The notes: generated from the sequence alone by a model not told the origin. A stretch of 53,529 nt of DNA from Pseudomonadota bacterium (GCA_028873095.1 JAGWMU010000001.1:1-53529); one strand, 5' to 3'; counted from the first letter of the stretch, positions 1-9,912 are shown. Translations and numbers: made by a program.

Positions 1-1011
1 CAGCACGTCGGGCGCGTAGTCGAACGAGTCGTAGTACAGATGCGACTCCGGCAGGCCGGCGTCGAGAAACAGCTGATGCCCGGCATCGATCATCGCCGGC
101 GGCCCGCTCATGTAGAGATCGTGGCCGGACAGGTCGGGCTGATCCTCCAGCACCGCCTCATGCACCAGGCCGCAACGCAGCCCGGCCGACTGCTCCGGGT
201 CCGACACCACGGCGTGGAATTGCAGGTTCGGCAGCTCGCTCGCCCAGCGCTCGGCCAGCGGCCGCAGGTAGATGTCCCCCGCGCTGCGGGCGCCCCAGTA
301 CACCTGCATCGGCCGCCGCGTGCCCAGCGCCATGAAGTGTTCGACGATCGCCTTGACCGGGGCAAAGCCGGTGCCGCCGGCCATGAACACCATCGGCCGT
401 TCGGAATCCTCGCGCGGCACGAACGTGCCCAGCGGCCCCTCGACACGCAGCCGGTCGCCGGCCCTGAGGCTGTCGCTGACCCACGAGGTGAATCCGCCGC
501 CGGCCACGTGGCGCACGTGCAGCTCGATCGCGCCGTCCGCCTGCGGCCCATTGGCGATCGAGAACGGCCGGCGCCTGCCGTCCGCGAGCAGCACATCCAG
601 ATACTGGCCAGGCAGCCAGTTGAGCCGGGGCTCGCCCTGCTCCGGCCGCAGCCGCAAGCCGAACACCGCCGGCGCCAGCTGCCACTTGTCGGCCACCACC
701 ACGCCGAGCTGGCGTCGCGCGACATCGTGCACCGAGGCAACCTCGCGCGCCTCGAGCAGCAGATCGCTGGCCGGAACCGCCTGGCACAGCAGCACCGCAT
801 GCCGCGCCCGCGCATCGGCATTCAGCGCCAGCGGCGGATTGCGCGGGTATTCGCAGCGCCCTTCCAGCAAGGTCGCCTTGCAGCTGCCGCAGACGCCGGC
901 ACGGCAGGAATACGGCAAGGCGATGCCCGCGCGCTGCGCCGCTTCCAGCACGCTTTCGCCGGCGGCCACCGGAAACTGCCGGCCGGAAGATTTGAGAGTG
1001 ACCTTGAACAC
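1..1011 (-). CDS. 2Fe-2S ferredoxin/NAD(P)H-flavin oxidoreductase (CDP-6-deoxy-delta-3,4-glucoseen reductase-like), 3' end runs off the window
   Basis: Read manually (not in ORF track): GTG at 1011, VFKVTLKSSGRQF...LPYSCRAGVCGSCK (2Fe-2S motif)...GQY...RPFSIA...GPLG...AGGTGFAP...YMSGPPAM...YYDSFDYAPDVL, open to base 1. Confidence 0.88.
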   Translation of the reverse strand, partial: MFKVTLKSSGRQFPVAAGESVLEAAQRAGIALPYSCRAGVCGSCKATLLEGRCEYPRNPPLALNADARARHAVLLCQAVPASDLLLEAREVASVHDVARRQLGVVVADKWQLAPAVFGLRLRPEQGEPRLNWLPGQYLDVLLADGRRRPFSIANGPQADGAIELHVRHVAGGGFTSWVSDSLRAGDRLRVEGPLGTFVPREDSERPMVFMAGGTGFAPVKAIVEHFMALGTRRPMQVYWGARSAGDIYLRPLAERWASELPNLQFHAVVSDPEQSAGLRCGLVHEAVLEDQPDLSGHDLYMSGPPAMIDAGHQLFLDAGLPESHLYYDSFDYAPDVL

Positions 1012-1073
1012 GAGCGCATTGTCGCGGCGATGGCGGCGGACAACAATGCGTGTCCGCCCCGCAGGAATCAACC

Positions 1074-1514
1074 ATGAGCATCTGGAAACAGGATACCGAC
1101 CTGGCCCGCATCAACGGGTGGAGCGCCAATACGATGATCGAGACGCTGGGGATTCGTTTCAGCGCGATAGGCGATGACTGGCTGCAGGCCACCATGCCGG
1201 TCGAGCGTCGCACCCATCAGCCGTACGGCCTGCTGCACGGAGGGGCCTCGGTGGCCCTGGCCGAGACGCTAGGCACCAGTGCCGCGATGCTCACGCTCGA
1301 CCCGGAACGGGAAGCCGCGGTCGGCCTCGACATCAACGCCAACCATGTCCGCGGCGTGCGCAGCGGCACGGTGACCGGCACCGCCCGGATGATGCACATT
1401 GGCCGCACCACCCAGGTATGGGAGATCCGCATCGAGAACGAGGAGGGAGCCCTGGTGTGCGTCTCGCGGATGACCATCGCGGTGATTCCGGCACGTGTCG
1501 TGGTGCCGCATTGA
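1074..1514 (+). CDS. hotdog-fold thioesterase (MenI/YdiI/PaaI family)
   Basis: THQPYGLLHGGASVALAET and INANH motifs; AGGA RBS before ATG 1074. Confidence 0.9.
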   Translation: MSIWKQDTDLARINGWSANTMIETLGIRFSAIGDDWLQATMPVERRTHQPYGLLHGGASVALAETLGTSAAMLTLDPEREAAVGLDINANHVRGVRSGTVTGTARMMHIGRTTQVWEIRIENEEGALVCVSRMTIAVIPARVVVPH

Positions 1515-2458
1515 TCAGCGACCCGCCGTATGCCCGGCTGACACCCGACCGCGTGCTCGATGCCGTCGGCGCCTGCGGCCTGTGGCCGGACGGGCGGCTG
1601 CTGGCGCTCAACAGCTACGAAAACCGCGTCTGGCAGGTCGGACTGGAAGACCGGCCGCCGGTGATCGCGAAGTTCTACCGGCCGGGGCGCTGGAGCAATG
1701 CGGCGATCGCCGAGGAACACGCGTTCGCGCAGGAGCTGGCCGCGGCCGAACTGCCGGTGGTGGCGTCGCTGACGTTCGCGGGCCACACCCTGTTGCATCA
1801 TGAAGGCTTCCGCTATGCGCTGACTCCGCGCTGTGGCGGCCGCGCACCGGAGCTGGAAGCGATCGACCAACTGCAGTGGCTGGGCCGGCTGATCGCGCGC
1901 ATCCACTTGGTCGGCGCGTGCCAGCCGTTCGTCCACCGCGGCAAGCTCGATCGCGACACCATGGTGCAACAGCCGATGCAGGCCGTGCTCGGATCGTCGT
2001 TGCTGCCCGCTGCGCTGCACGCCCAATACCGCGTCGCCGCGTTGCGCCTCGATGCCGCCATCGCGCAGCGGCAGACGGCGATCGGCCCGCTGCGGCAACT
2101 GCGGCTGCACGGCGACTGCCACCCCGGCAACGTGCTGTGGACGGACGCCGGCCCGCACTTCGTCGACTTCGACGACGCCCGCAGCGGGCCGGCGGTGCAG
2201 GACCTGTGGATGCTCGCCAACGACGATCGGGCAATGACGGCCGTGCTCGAGGGCTACCGGCAGTTTCGCGATTTCGACCAGGCCGAGCTGGCGCTGGTGC
2301 CGGTCCTGCGCGCGATGCGTCAGCTGCACTACGCCGGCTGGATCGCCGCCCGCTGGCACGACCCGGCGTTCCCCGCCGCCTTCCCGTTCGCCGCCGAGTC
2401 GCGCTGGTGGGAACAGCACATCACCGACCTGCACGAGCTGGCCGACGAACTTGAATGA
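1511..2458 (+). CDS. srkA: stress response Ser/Thr kinase SrkA (RdoA/YihE)
   Basis: LNSYENRV, KFYRPGRW, LHGDCHPGNVLW, VDFDD, QDLWML, ARWHDPAFPAAFP; TTG start overlaps the upstream stop. Confidence 0.9.
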   Translation: MISDPPYARLTPDRVLDAVGACGLWPDGRLLALNSYENRVWQVGLEDRPPVIAKFYRPGRWSNAAIAEEHAFAQELAAAELPVVASLTFAGHTLLHHEGFRYALTPRCGGRAPELEAIDQLQWLGRLIARIHLVGACQPFVHRGKLDRDTMVQQPMQAVLGSSLLPAALHAQYRVAALRLDAAIAQRQTAIGPLRQLRLHGDCHPGNVLWTDAGPHFVDFDDARSGPAVQDLWMLANDDRAMTAVLEGYRQFRDFDQAELALVPVLRAMRQLHYAGWIAARWHDPAFPAAFPFAAESRWWEQHITDLHELADELE

Positions 2459-2470
2459 GCCCCACCCCCC

Positions 2471-2720
2471 GCAGGAGCGCACCCTGTGCGCGATGGCTTC
2501 TGTCGGGTCCGATGCAAAGGGCGTTCGCGCACGTGGTGCGCTCCTACGACAGCAGGCCGGACCCGCAGGAGCGCACCCTGTGCGCGATGGCTCTTGCCGG
2601 GTCCGATGCAAAGGGCGTTCGCGCACGTGGTGCGCTCCTACGACAGCAGGCCGGACCCGTAGGAGCGCACCCTGTGCGCGATGGCTCTTGCCTGGTCCGA
2701 TGCAAAGGGTGCGCCCCTAC
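2471..2720. repeat. tandem array of GTAG-family REP doublets (REPIN/BIME-like), 94-bp period, third unit internally shortened
   Basis: Units start at 2471, 2565 and 2659: G(C/T)AGGAGCGCACCCTGTGCGCGA...TCGCGCACGTGGTGCGCTCCTAC plus identical linker GACAGCAGGCCGGACCC. Confidence 0.9.
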
Positions 2721-2749
2721 AATATCCACCTTCCCTACCGGAGTGCCGC

Positions 2750-3187
2750 ATGCGCATCGTCCTGTTCCGCCTGATCGGCATCCTCGAAATCGCCGGCGGC
2801 TTCTACGGCGCCAGCGCGGCGCTGCGCCGGCTGCTGCCGCTGGGTTCCACCCATGACAGCGTGGCCGCGCTGATCGCCCTGGCGCTGTTCGGGTTCGTGC
2901 TGGCCGCCGGCGTGCAGCTGCTCGACAACAACGAGCGCGGCGTGCGGATGTCGCGCTGGGCGCAATTGCTGCAGCTGCCGCTGATCGCCACGCCGATGTT
3001 CAGCTACGCGCTGCACTGCGGCGCGTTCGTCAACGTGTACGCCACGCTGCAGTTCGCCACGCGGCTGGGCATCGACTGGCACGTCGGCTCGCAGGGGTTT
3101 CTGCTGGCGGCGCGCGGCCCGGCGGTGTCGCGACTGGGCATCAACCTGCTGGCACTGCTGTCGTGGCTGGCGCTCAAGCTGCGCTGA
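2750..3187 (+). CDS. hypothetical inner-membrane protein
   Basis: GGAG RBS then ATG 2750; about 4 hydrophobic segments; GC3-rich codon usage. Confidence 0.7.
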   Translation: MRIVLFRLIGILEIAGGFYGASAALRRLLPLGSTHDSVAALIALALFGFVLAAGVQLLDNNERGVRMSRWAQLLQLPLIATPMFSYALHCGAFVNVYATLQFATRLGIDWHVGSQGFLLAARGPAVSRLGINLLALLSWLALKLR

Positions 3188-3242
3188 CGATCCGCCCTGC
3201 ACCGGCCAGGGGAAGCTGCCGGGCACCAGCTATCATGCGCGG

Positions 3243-4433
3243 ATGAACTCGCCCGATCAGCCGCCGCCGGCAGCCGCCCTGCCCATCATCCGCCTGAAGT
3301 CCGACCGCGCACCGGGGCATCCGTGGGTGTGGTCGGCGCAGGTCCACAAGCCGCAGGCCCGCTTGCCGCCGGGCAGCCTGGTCGAGGTGCACGATGCCAG
3401 GGGCGGCTTCGTCGGCCGCGGCTTCTGGAACGGCCATGCGCGCATCGCGCTGCGCCTGCTGGACATCGACGCGGCCGCGACGATCGACACCGACTGGATC
3501 GCCGCGCGCATCGACCGCGCGGTGCGGCTGCGCCGCGACTGGCTGCATCTGGAACAGGCCAGCGACGCCTGGCGCGTGGTGCACAGCGAAGGCGACGGCC
3601 TCTCGGGCCTGATCGTCGACCGCTACGCCGACATCCTGGTGATCGAGTATTTCGCGGCCGGCATGTGGCGTTTCCGCGAGGCGATCCACGCCGCCCTGCT
3701 CGCGCATTTTCCCGGCGCCCGGCTGTACTGGTTCGCCGAGTCGCACGTGCAGAAGCAGGAGTCGTTCGACTGCCGCAGTCCCGACGTGCCCGCCGCCGTC
3801 GAAGTGCGCGAGCACGGCCTGCGCTTCCACGCCGCGCCGGGCTCGGGACACAAGACCGGCTTCTTCGCCGACCAGCGCGACAACCGCCGCCGCTTCGCCG
3901 AACTGGCGAAGGGCCGCCGCGTGCTCGACCTGTGCTGCAACGCCGGCGGCTTCGCGGTCCACGCGATGGCGGCCGGCGCGCGCGAAGCGGTCGGCGTGGA
4001 TCTGGATGCCGGCATCCTGGAAGTCGCCCGCGCCAACGCCGCCGCCAACCGCGTCGCGGCGACGTTCGAACAGGCCGACATCTTCGACTGGGTGCGCGCC
4101 GCGCTGGCGCGCGGCGAGCGGTACGACGCGGTGGTCCTCGACCCGGCCAAGCTCACCCGCGACCGCAGCAAGGTGATGGAGGCGCTGAAGAAGTACTTCG
4201 CGATGAACCGCATGGCGCTCGACATCATCCCGCCCGGCGGCCTGCTGCTGACCTGTTCGTGCACCGGCCTGGTCGGCGAGAGCGAATTCCTGGAAATGCT
4301 GCGCCGGGTGGCGCTCAACGCCGGCCGCGAGATCCAGCTGCTGCAAGTCGGCGGCGCCGGCGCCGACCACCCGTTCCGCACCGATGTGCCCGAGGGACGT
4401 TATCTGAAGGCCGTGTTCTGTCGCATCGATTGA
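3243..4433 (+). CDS. rlmI: 23S rRNA m5C1962 methyltransferase RlmI family
   Basis: GHPWVW (PUA), SEGDGLSGLIVDRY, GHKTGFFADQRDNR, VLDLCCNAGGF, VLDP, TCSCT, YLKA. Confidence 0.9.
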   Translation: MNSPDQPPPAAALPIIRLKSDRAPGHPWVWSAQVHKPQARLPPGSLVEVHDARGGFVGRGFWNGHARIALRLLDIDAAATIDTDWIAARIDRAVRLRRDWLHLEQASDAWRVVHSEGDGLSGLIVDRYADILVIEYFAAGMWRFREAIHAALLAHFPGARLYWFAESHVQKQESFDCRSPDVPAAVEVREHGLRFHAAPGSGHKTGFFADQRDNRRRFAELAKGRRVLDLCCNAGGFAVHAMAAGAREAVGVDLDAGILEVARANAAANRVAATFEQADIFDWVRAALARGERYDAVVLDPAKLTRDRSKVMEALKKYFAMNRMALDIIPPGGLLLTCSCTGLVGESEFLEMLRRVALNAGREIQLLQVGGAGADHPFRTDVPEGRYLKAVFCRID

Positions 4434-4501
4434 CCGGCGAGGTCGCAGCCGGTGATACCGGCCCGCATAAACTGTCGGTCAGCGTCATTGGAAGCCACCT
4501 C

Positions 4502-5944
4502 ATGCCTGCCACCGAAGCGCTGTTGATCGTTCTAGCCGCCGCCATGCTGGCCGTGCTGATCCTGCAGCTGGTACTGCTGCTGCGCGGACGCGCCGATGGC
4601 GGGTTGACCGCACGACTGGATGCACTGAAGGACGACAACCGCCATCTGCGCGATGCCCTTGCACAGGAACAGCGCGCCGGACGCGCCGAACTGGCGCAAA
4701 CGCTCGACCTGTTCCGCGGCCACATGCAGGAACAGCTCGGCGGCATGAGCCAGCAACAGCACGAGCGCATCGGCAATTTCGGCCAGCGCCTCGAGCTGCT
4801 GATCGAACGCACCGACGCGGGCCTGCAGACGCTGGCACAGCGCCTGACGGAGGAGGCTCGCAAGAGCCGCGAGGAGTCGACGCTGACCCTGGGGCGCTTT
4901 GGCGAAATGCTGCAGCAGCGGCTTGCCACGCTGACCGCCGACAACGAGAAGCGCCTTGCCGATGTGCGCAATACCCTGGAAACCCGCCTCAAGGCGATCC
5001 AGGACGACAACGCGGTCAGACTCGAGCAGATGCGCGCCACCGTCGACGAAAAACTGCAGAACACGCTGGAAACCCGGCTGGGCCACTCATTCAAGCTGGT
5101 GTCCGATCGCCTCGAAGCGGTCCAGCGCGGGCTCGGGGAAATGCAGAACCTTGCCGTCGGCGTGGGCGACCTGAAGCGCGTGCTGACCAACGTCAAGCAG
5201 CGCGGCACGTTCGGTGAAGTGCAACTCGGCGCCCTGCTCGAGGACATGCTGACTGCCGAGCAGTACGCCTCCAACGTCATCACCGTGCCGGGCAGCAACG
5301 ACCGCGTCGAATTTGCCATCCGCATGCCGGGACAGGAGGAAGGCGAATACGTCTACCTGCCGATCGATGCGAAGTTTCCGGTCGAGGACTACCAACGCCT
5401 GCTCGATGCCCAGGAAGCATCGGACAACGAGGCCGCCAATGCCGCCGGTCGCGCGCTGGAAAATCGCGTTCGCGAGGAGGCCAAGCGCATCCACTGCAAG
5501 TATGTCGCCCCGCCGCACACGACGGATTTCGCCGTGCTGTACCTGCCCACCGAAGGCCTCTACGCCGAAGTGATCCGGCGGGCGGGCCTGTTCGAGAACC
5601 TGCAGCGCGAGCATCGCGTGATGGTTGCCGGACCCACGACCCTCAGCGCCCTGCTGAACAGCCTGCAGATGGGCTTCCGCACCCTGGTCATCGCCAAGCG
5701 CAGCAGCGAGGTATGGAAGATCCTCGGCGCAGTGAAGGCGGAATTCGGGAAATTCGGCGTGGTGCTGGACAGGACCCGCAAGCAACTCGATGCGGCCCGC
5801 AACAGCATCGACAGCGCGGGCCAGCGCACCCGCGCGATCGAACGCAAGCTGCGCAGCGTGGAAACCTTGTCCGGCGAGGATACCCGGCACATGCTGGATG
5901 CGGCGCCGGATCCGGATGAAAGCGACGAGGGCGCCGCCGAGTGA
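4502..5944 (+). CDS. rmuC: DNA recombination protein RmuC
   Basis: N-terminal TM plus coiled coil; RGTFGEVQL, PIDAKFP, PPHTTDFAVLYLPTEGLYAE, GPTTLSALLNSLQMGF. Confidence 0.93.
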   Translation: MPATEALLIVLAAAMLAVLILQLVLLLRGRADGGLTARLDALKDDNRHLRDALAQEQRAGRAELAQTLDLFRGHMQEQLGGMSQQQHERIGNFGQRLELLIERTDAGLQTLAQRLTEEARKSREESTLTLGRFGEMLQQRLATLTADNEKRLADVRNTLETRLKAIQDDNAVRLEQMRATVDEKLQNTLETRLGHSFKLVSDRLEAVQRGLGEMQNLAVGVGDLKRVLTNVKQRGTFGEVQLGALLEDMLTAEQYASNVITVPGSNDRVEFAIRMPGQEEGEYVYLPIDAKFPVEDYQRLLDAQEASDNEAANAAGRALENRVREEAKRIHCKYVAPPHTTDFAVLYLPTEGLYAEVIRRAGLFENLQREHRVMVAGPTTLSALLNSLQMGFRTLVIAKRSSEVWKILGAVKAEFGKFGVVLDRTRKQLDAARNSIDSAGQRTRAIERKLRSVETLSGEDTRHMLDAAPDPDESDEGAAE

Positions 5945-6203
5945 CGCACCGGCATGGCCGTGCCGGCCACGCGACCTGCCCGGGCGGAGTTGCACGCCAG
6001 GAGCCTGTCGGGCTTTGGTCGGCAGCGACCGCTCCGGCCGACGGATCGCAATGAATCCGCGGTAGCCGGCGCCCGCCCTGGGCAGGGCCGGTCATGACGG
6101 CCGCCGTCCCGGAGCCTGCCAATCCCGGTGCGATCCGGCGCGCCGTTGGCCAGCCGGAACGGCAGATCGCCCGGCCCTCAAACAGCTACACGCCGACCAG
6201 CGG

Positions 6204-6232
6204 TTGACCGCGGCGTAGCCATGCCGTAAAGT
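6204..6232 (+). promoter_or_regulatory. putative sigma70 promoter of the had...mocA operon
   Basis: TTGACC (6204-6209), 17-nt spacer, TAAAGT (6227-6232). Confidence 0.65.
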
Positions 6233-6243
6233 CGTCGCCAATC

Positions 6244-6259
6244 CCGAACGAACGTTCGG
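6244..6259. promoter_or_regulatory. palindromic operator, probably bound by the operon-encoded TetR
   Basis: Perfect 7-2-7 palindrome CCGAACG-AA-CGTTCGG just downstream of the predicted +1. Confidence 0.6.
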
Positions 6260-6298
6260 TCTGTCAAGACACTCGTCGTATTCAGGAGCGTTCGCGGC

Positions 6299-7360
6299 AT
6301 GGCAATCGTCGATGCATGGGGCATGTTCTTCGTCGCCAGCGGCGAGCCGTTGCAACGGCGTCCGTTCGCCGTGCCGGCCCCCGCCGCCGCCGACGTCGTG
6401 GTCGCGGTAGCCGGTTGCGGCCTGTGCCATACCGACCTTGGATTCCTCTCCGGCGCAGTCAACACCAGGCAGGCGCTGCCGCTGGTGCTTGGGCACGAGA
6501 TCAGCGGCACCGTGGTCGCCGCCGGCGAGGATTTTCCCGAGCTGCTCGGCCGCCATGTGGTGGTGCCGGCGGTGCTGCCCTGCGGCGACTGCGAGCTGTG
6601 CCGGGCCGGACGCGACAACATCTGCCAGCGCCAACGCATGCCGGGCAATGATTTCAACGGTGGCTTCGCCAGCCATCTGACCGTGCCGGCGCGCTTCCTG
6701 TGCCCGCTGCCCGATCGGCTCGGCGACTTTCCGCTGGCCGAACTGAGCGTGGTGGCCGATGCGATCACCACGCCGTACCAATCCGTCGTGCGCAGCGGCC
6801 TGGCCGCAGGCGAGCTGGCCATCGTGGTCGGCGTCGGCGGGGTCGGCCTGTATCTGGTGCAGCACGCCCGCAACGTCGGCGCGCACGTGGTGGCACTGGA
6901 TATCGACCCGGCCCGGCTCGAAACCGCCGCCGCGCAGGGAGCCGAGCTGACCCTCGATTCACGCTCGCTCGACGAACGCGGACTGCGCCAGGCCATCCGC
7001 GCGTTCGCGCAGGAAAAAGGCTACCCCGATACGCGCTGGCGGGTGTTCGAGACCAGCGGCAGCGTGGCCGGCCAGCGCACCGCCTACGGGCTGCTCAGTT
7101 TTGCTGGCACGCTGGGCGTGATCGGCTTCACCCGGGACAAGATCGACCTGCGCCTGTCCAACATCATGGCCTTCGATGCCGACGTGTTCGGCAACTGGGG
7201 CTGCCGCCCGGCGCACTATCCGGCGGTGGTGGCCGACGTGCTGGCCGGGCGCATCGAGCTGCGCCGCAACGTGCGCCAGTTCCCGCTGGCCGACATCAAT
7301 GCCGTCATCGCCGACGCCCAGGCGCATCGCCTGGATGCGCGCGCTGTGCTGGTGCCCTGA
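6299..7360 (+). CDS. had: 6-hydroxycyclohex-1-ene-1-carbonyl-CoA dehydrogenase (Zn-dependent MDR)
   Basis: GLCHTD, GHE, PCGDCELC...C Zn motifs; MPGND, SVVADAITTPYQ, FGNWGC; upstream of oah/dch; AGGAG RBS. Confidence 0.9.
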   Translation: MAIVDAWGMFFVASGEPLQRRPFAVPAPAAADVVVAVAGCGLCHTDLGFLSGAVNTRQALPLVLGHEISGTVVAAGEDFPELLGRHVVVPAVLPCGDCELCRAGRDNICQRQRMPGNDFNGGFASHLTVPARFLCPLPDRLGDFPLAELSVVADAITTPYQSVVRSGLAAGELAIVVGVGGVGLYLVQHARNVGAHVVALDIDPARLETAAAQGAELTLDSRSLDERGLRQAIRAFAQEKGYPDTRWRVFETSGSVAGQRTAYGLLSFAGTLGVIGFTRDKIDLRLSNIMAFDADVFGNWGCRPAHYPAVVADVLAGRIELRRNVRQFPLADINAVIADAQAHRLDARAVLVP

Positions 7361-7392
7361 GCCCCGCCTTCTCCCTCCCCCGCCAGACGCCC

Positions 7393-8478
7393 ATGAAAAA
7401 CCATCACCTGCTCGACAGCTACAGCTACCGCGACATCCTGGTCGAGCGGCGCCCGTTGCGCGACGCCGACGGCCACGCCGTCGAGGGTCTGTACAACGCC
7501 TGGATCCTGCTCAACAACCCCGCGCAGCTGAACTCCTACTCCACCCAGGCGGTGAAGGAACTGATCCTGGCTTTCCGCGAGGCGTCCTGCGACCGCTCGG
7601 TGGTCGCGGTGGTGTTCACCGCGGTCGGCGACAAGGCGTTCTGCACCGGCGGCAACACCAAGGAATACGCCGAGTACTACGCCGGCAATCCGCAGGAATA
7701 CAAGCAGTACATGCGGCTGTTCAACGACATGGTCACGGCGATCCTGCTGTGCGACAAGCCGGTGATCAACCGCGTCAACGGCATGCGCATCGGCGGCGGC
7801 CAGGAGATCGGCATGGCCTGCGATTTCACGCTCGCCGCCGACACCGCCCGCTTCGGCCAGGCCGGCCCCAAGCACGGTTCGGCACCCGACGGCGGCTCCA
7901 CCGATTTCCTGCACCTGTTCGTCGGCATGACCCGGGCGCTGGAGTCATGCACCCTGTGCGAGCACTGGTCGGCGCACACCGCGGTGGACATCGGCCTGAT
8001 CAACCGCATCGTGCCGGTACTGCGCAAGCCCGATGGCGCCTTCATCGCCAATCCGCTGGTGTCCACCGAGCGCTTCGATGCCTGGGGCAACCCGGCCTAC
8101 GGCGCGTTCAAGGCCGGCGCTGCACGCGAGGCCGGCAAGGCGGAAATGCAGGGTTGCACAATCGACTTCAGCCAGCTCGATGCCGAGGTCGAAACAATGG
8201 CCTACAAGTTGTCGCTGACCATGCCGGACTGCCTCAGCAAGACGCTGGAATCGGTCCGCAAGAAGAAACTCGAACACTGGCAGCGCAACTGCGAAACCAA
8301 CCGCTCGTGGCTGGCGCTGAACATGATGACCGAAGGGCGCGCCGGCTTCCGTGCGTTCAACGAGGGGCCCAGGCATCAGCGCGAGGTCGATTTCCACGCC
8401 CTGCGCCGGGCCCTGGCGCAAGCGCAGCCCTGGGACGAACACCTGCTGGCGCGGATCCTGCCGAAGGCCGAGCCATGA
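7393..8478 (+). CDS. oah: 6-oxocyclohex-1-ene-1-carbonyl-CoA hydrolase (Oah/BamA/BzdY, ring opening)
   Basis: NNPAQLNSY, AFCTGGNTKEYAEYYAGNPQEYKQYMRLFNDMV, RIGGGQEIGMACDF, GQAGPKHGSAP, WLALNMMTE. Confidence 0.96.
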   Translation: MKNHHLLDSYSYRDILVERRPLRDADGHAVEGLYNAWILLNNPAQLNSYSTQAVKELILAFREASCDRSVVAVVFTAVGDKAFCTGGNTKEYAEYYAGNPQEYKQYMRLFNDMVTAILLCDKPVINRVNGMRIGGGQEIGMACDFTLAADTARFGQAGPKHGSAPDGGSTDFLHLFVGMTRALESCTLCEHWSAHTAVDIGLINRIVPVLRKPDGAFIANPLVSTERFDAWGNPAYGAFKAGAAREAGKAEMQGCTIDFSQLDAEVETMAYKLSLTMPDCLSKTLESVRKKKLEHWQRNCETNRSWLALNMMTEGRAGFRAFNEGPRHQREVDFHALRRALAQAQPWDEHLLARILPKAEP

Positions 8479-9251
8479 ACTTTTCGACGCTCGCGCTGAC
8501 CGAACGTTGCGACGGCCAGGTGCTGGAGGTGGCATTGAACGCGCCGCCGGCCAATATCCTGAATGCACACATGATCGGCGAGCTGCGCGCGCTGCTGGCG
8601 CGCGAACGCGCCGCGTCCAGGCGCAAGGCGATCGTGCTGTCCGGCGCCGGCGCGCATTTTTGCTACGGCGCCAGCGTGCCCGAACATCGGGCCACGGAAG
8701 TCGGCGCGATGCTGCCGCAATTCCATGGCCTGATCGACGACCTGCTGGCGCACCCGGTGACCAGCATCGCCCGCGTTTCCGGCCGCTGCCTTGGCGGCGG
8801 CTTCGAGTTGGCGCTGGGCTGCAGCCTGCTGTTCGCGGACGAGTCGGCGCGCTTCGCGGTGCCGGAAATCCAGCTCGGCGTGTTTCCGCCGGTGGCGGCG
8901 GTGCTGCTGCCGCAGATGGGTGCGGCGGCGCTCGCACCGCGCCTGGTGCTGTCGGGCGAAACCGTCGACGCGGCGCTGCTGGACCGGTTTGGTCTGCTGG
9001 CCGGATGCGTGCCGGCCGGCGCGGCCGCGGCCGCCGTCGATGCCTGGATCGAACAGCACCTGCTCCCGCGCAGTGCCGCCAGCCTGCGCTGCGCCCACCG
9101 CGCACTGCGCGCGTCGCTGCTGGCGCACTACCGCGGCCTGATCGGCAACGTTGAACGGATCTACCTGGAGGAGCTGATGGCTTCCCATGACGCCAACGAA
9201 GGCATCGCCGCCTTCATCGACAAACGCACCGCGGTCTGGACCGATGCCTGA
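8475..9251 (+). CDS. dch: cyclohexa-1,5-diene-1-carbonyl-CoA hydratase
   Basis: Crotonase fold: PPANIL, HFCYGASVPEH, CLGGGFELA, PEIQLGVFPP, DANEGIAAF; ATGA-coupled to oah. Confidence 0.9.
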   Translation: MNFSTLALTERCDGQVLEVALNAPPANILNAHMIGELRALLARERAASRRKAIVLSGAGAHFCYGASVPEHRATEVGAMLPQFHGLIDDLLAHPVTSIARVSGRCLGGGFELALGCSLLFADESARFAVPEIQLGVFPPVAAVLLPQMGAAALAPRLVLSGETVDAALLDRFGLLAGCVPAGAAAAAVDAWIEQHLLPRSAASLRCAHRALRASLLAHYRGLIGNVERIYLEELMASHDANEGIAAFIDKRTAVWTDA

Positions 9252-9909
9252 GATGGACACCCCACCCCCCACCGACCAGCAGCCCTGCCCGGACGACATC
9301 CTCGCCCAGAGCGCCGCCCTGATGTCCAGCCAGGGCTACCACGGCACCAGCATGCGCGATCTGGCGCGCACCACCGGGCGCAGCCTGTCCGGGCTCTACC
9401 ACCACTTCGCGAACAAGGAAGAATTGCTCTACCTGATCAACCAGCGCGGCTTTTCCCCGCTGTTGGCCAACGCCGAGCGGCTGCGCAGCGAATACCGCAG
9501 CGGCAACGGCCGCCCGGTTGCGGCCGCTCCGGCCAGCGCCGCCCTGCTGTGCGACCTGATCGGAAGCCATCTGGGCTATTTCGGAAGCCATCTCAACGAG
9601 ATGCGAGTGCTGATGTTCGGCACCCAGCCGATGAGTTCGGCGCACGGCAAGGCGATCCGCCAACTGAAGGAGCGCTACACGGAGATCTTCAAGTTCGCGG
9701 TCGGCCAGTACATCGAAACCCGCCGCGAAGCCGCCACCGCCATCGAGATCGAACGCAAGACCTACCTGCTGTTCGGCATGATGAACTGGATCTTCGGCTG
9801 GTACTCGTTCGACGAGCACGGCCCGGCCGAGGCGCTGGCCGAGGAGATCTACACGACCTTCACCAAGGGCTGCCTGGCCTTGCGCCCGGCAGCTGCCCTC
9901 GACGAGTAG
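9244..9909 (+). CDS. TetR/AcrR family transcriptional regulator
   Basis: GYHGTSMRDLARTTGRSLSGLYHHFANKEELL HTH; C-terminal LFGMMNWIFGWY; alternative start 9253. Confidence 0.92.
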   Translation: MPEMDTPPPTDQQPCPDDILAQSAALMSSQGYHGTSMRDLARTTGRSLSGLYHHFANKEELLYLINQRGFSPLLANAERLRSEYRSGNGRPVAAAPASAALLCDLIGSHLGYFGSHLNEMRVLMFGTQPMSSAHGKAIRQLKERYTEIFKFAVGQYIETRREAATAIEIERKTYLLFGMMNWIFGWYSFDEHGPAEALAEEIYTTFTKGCLALRPAAALDE

Positions 9910-9912
9910 CGC

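Noticed and set aside
2471-2720. Possible CRISPR array
   Set aside because: Intervening sequences are near-identical rather than unique spacers, the repeats are inverted GTAG REP pairs, and there are no cas genes.
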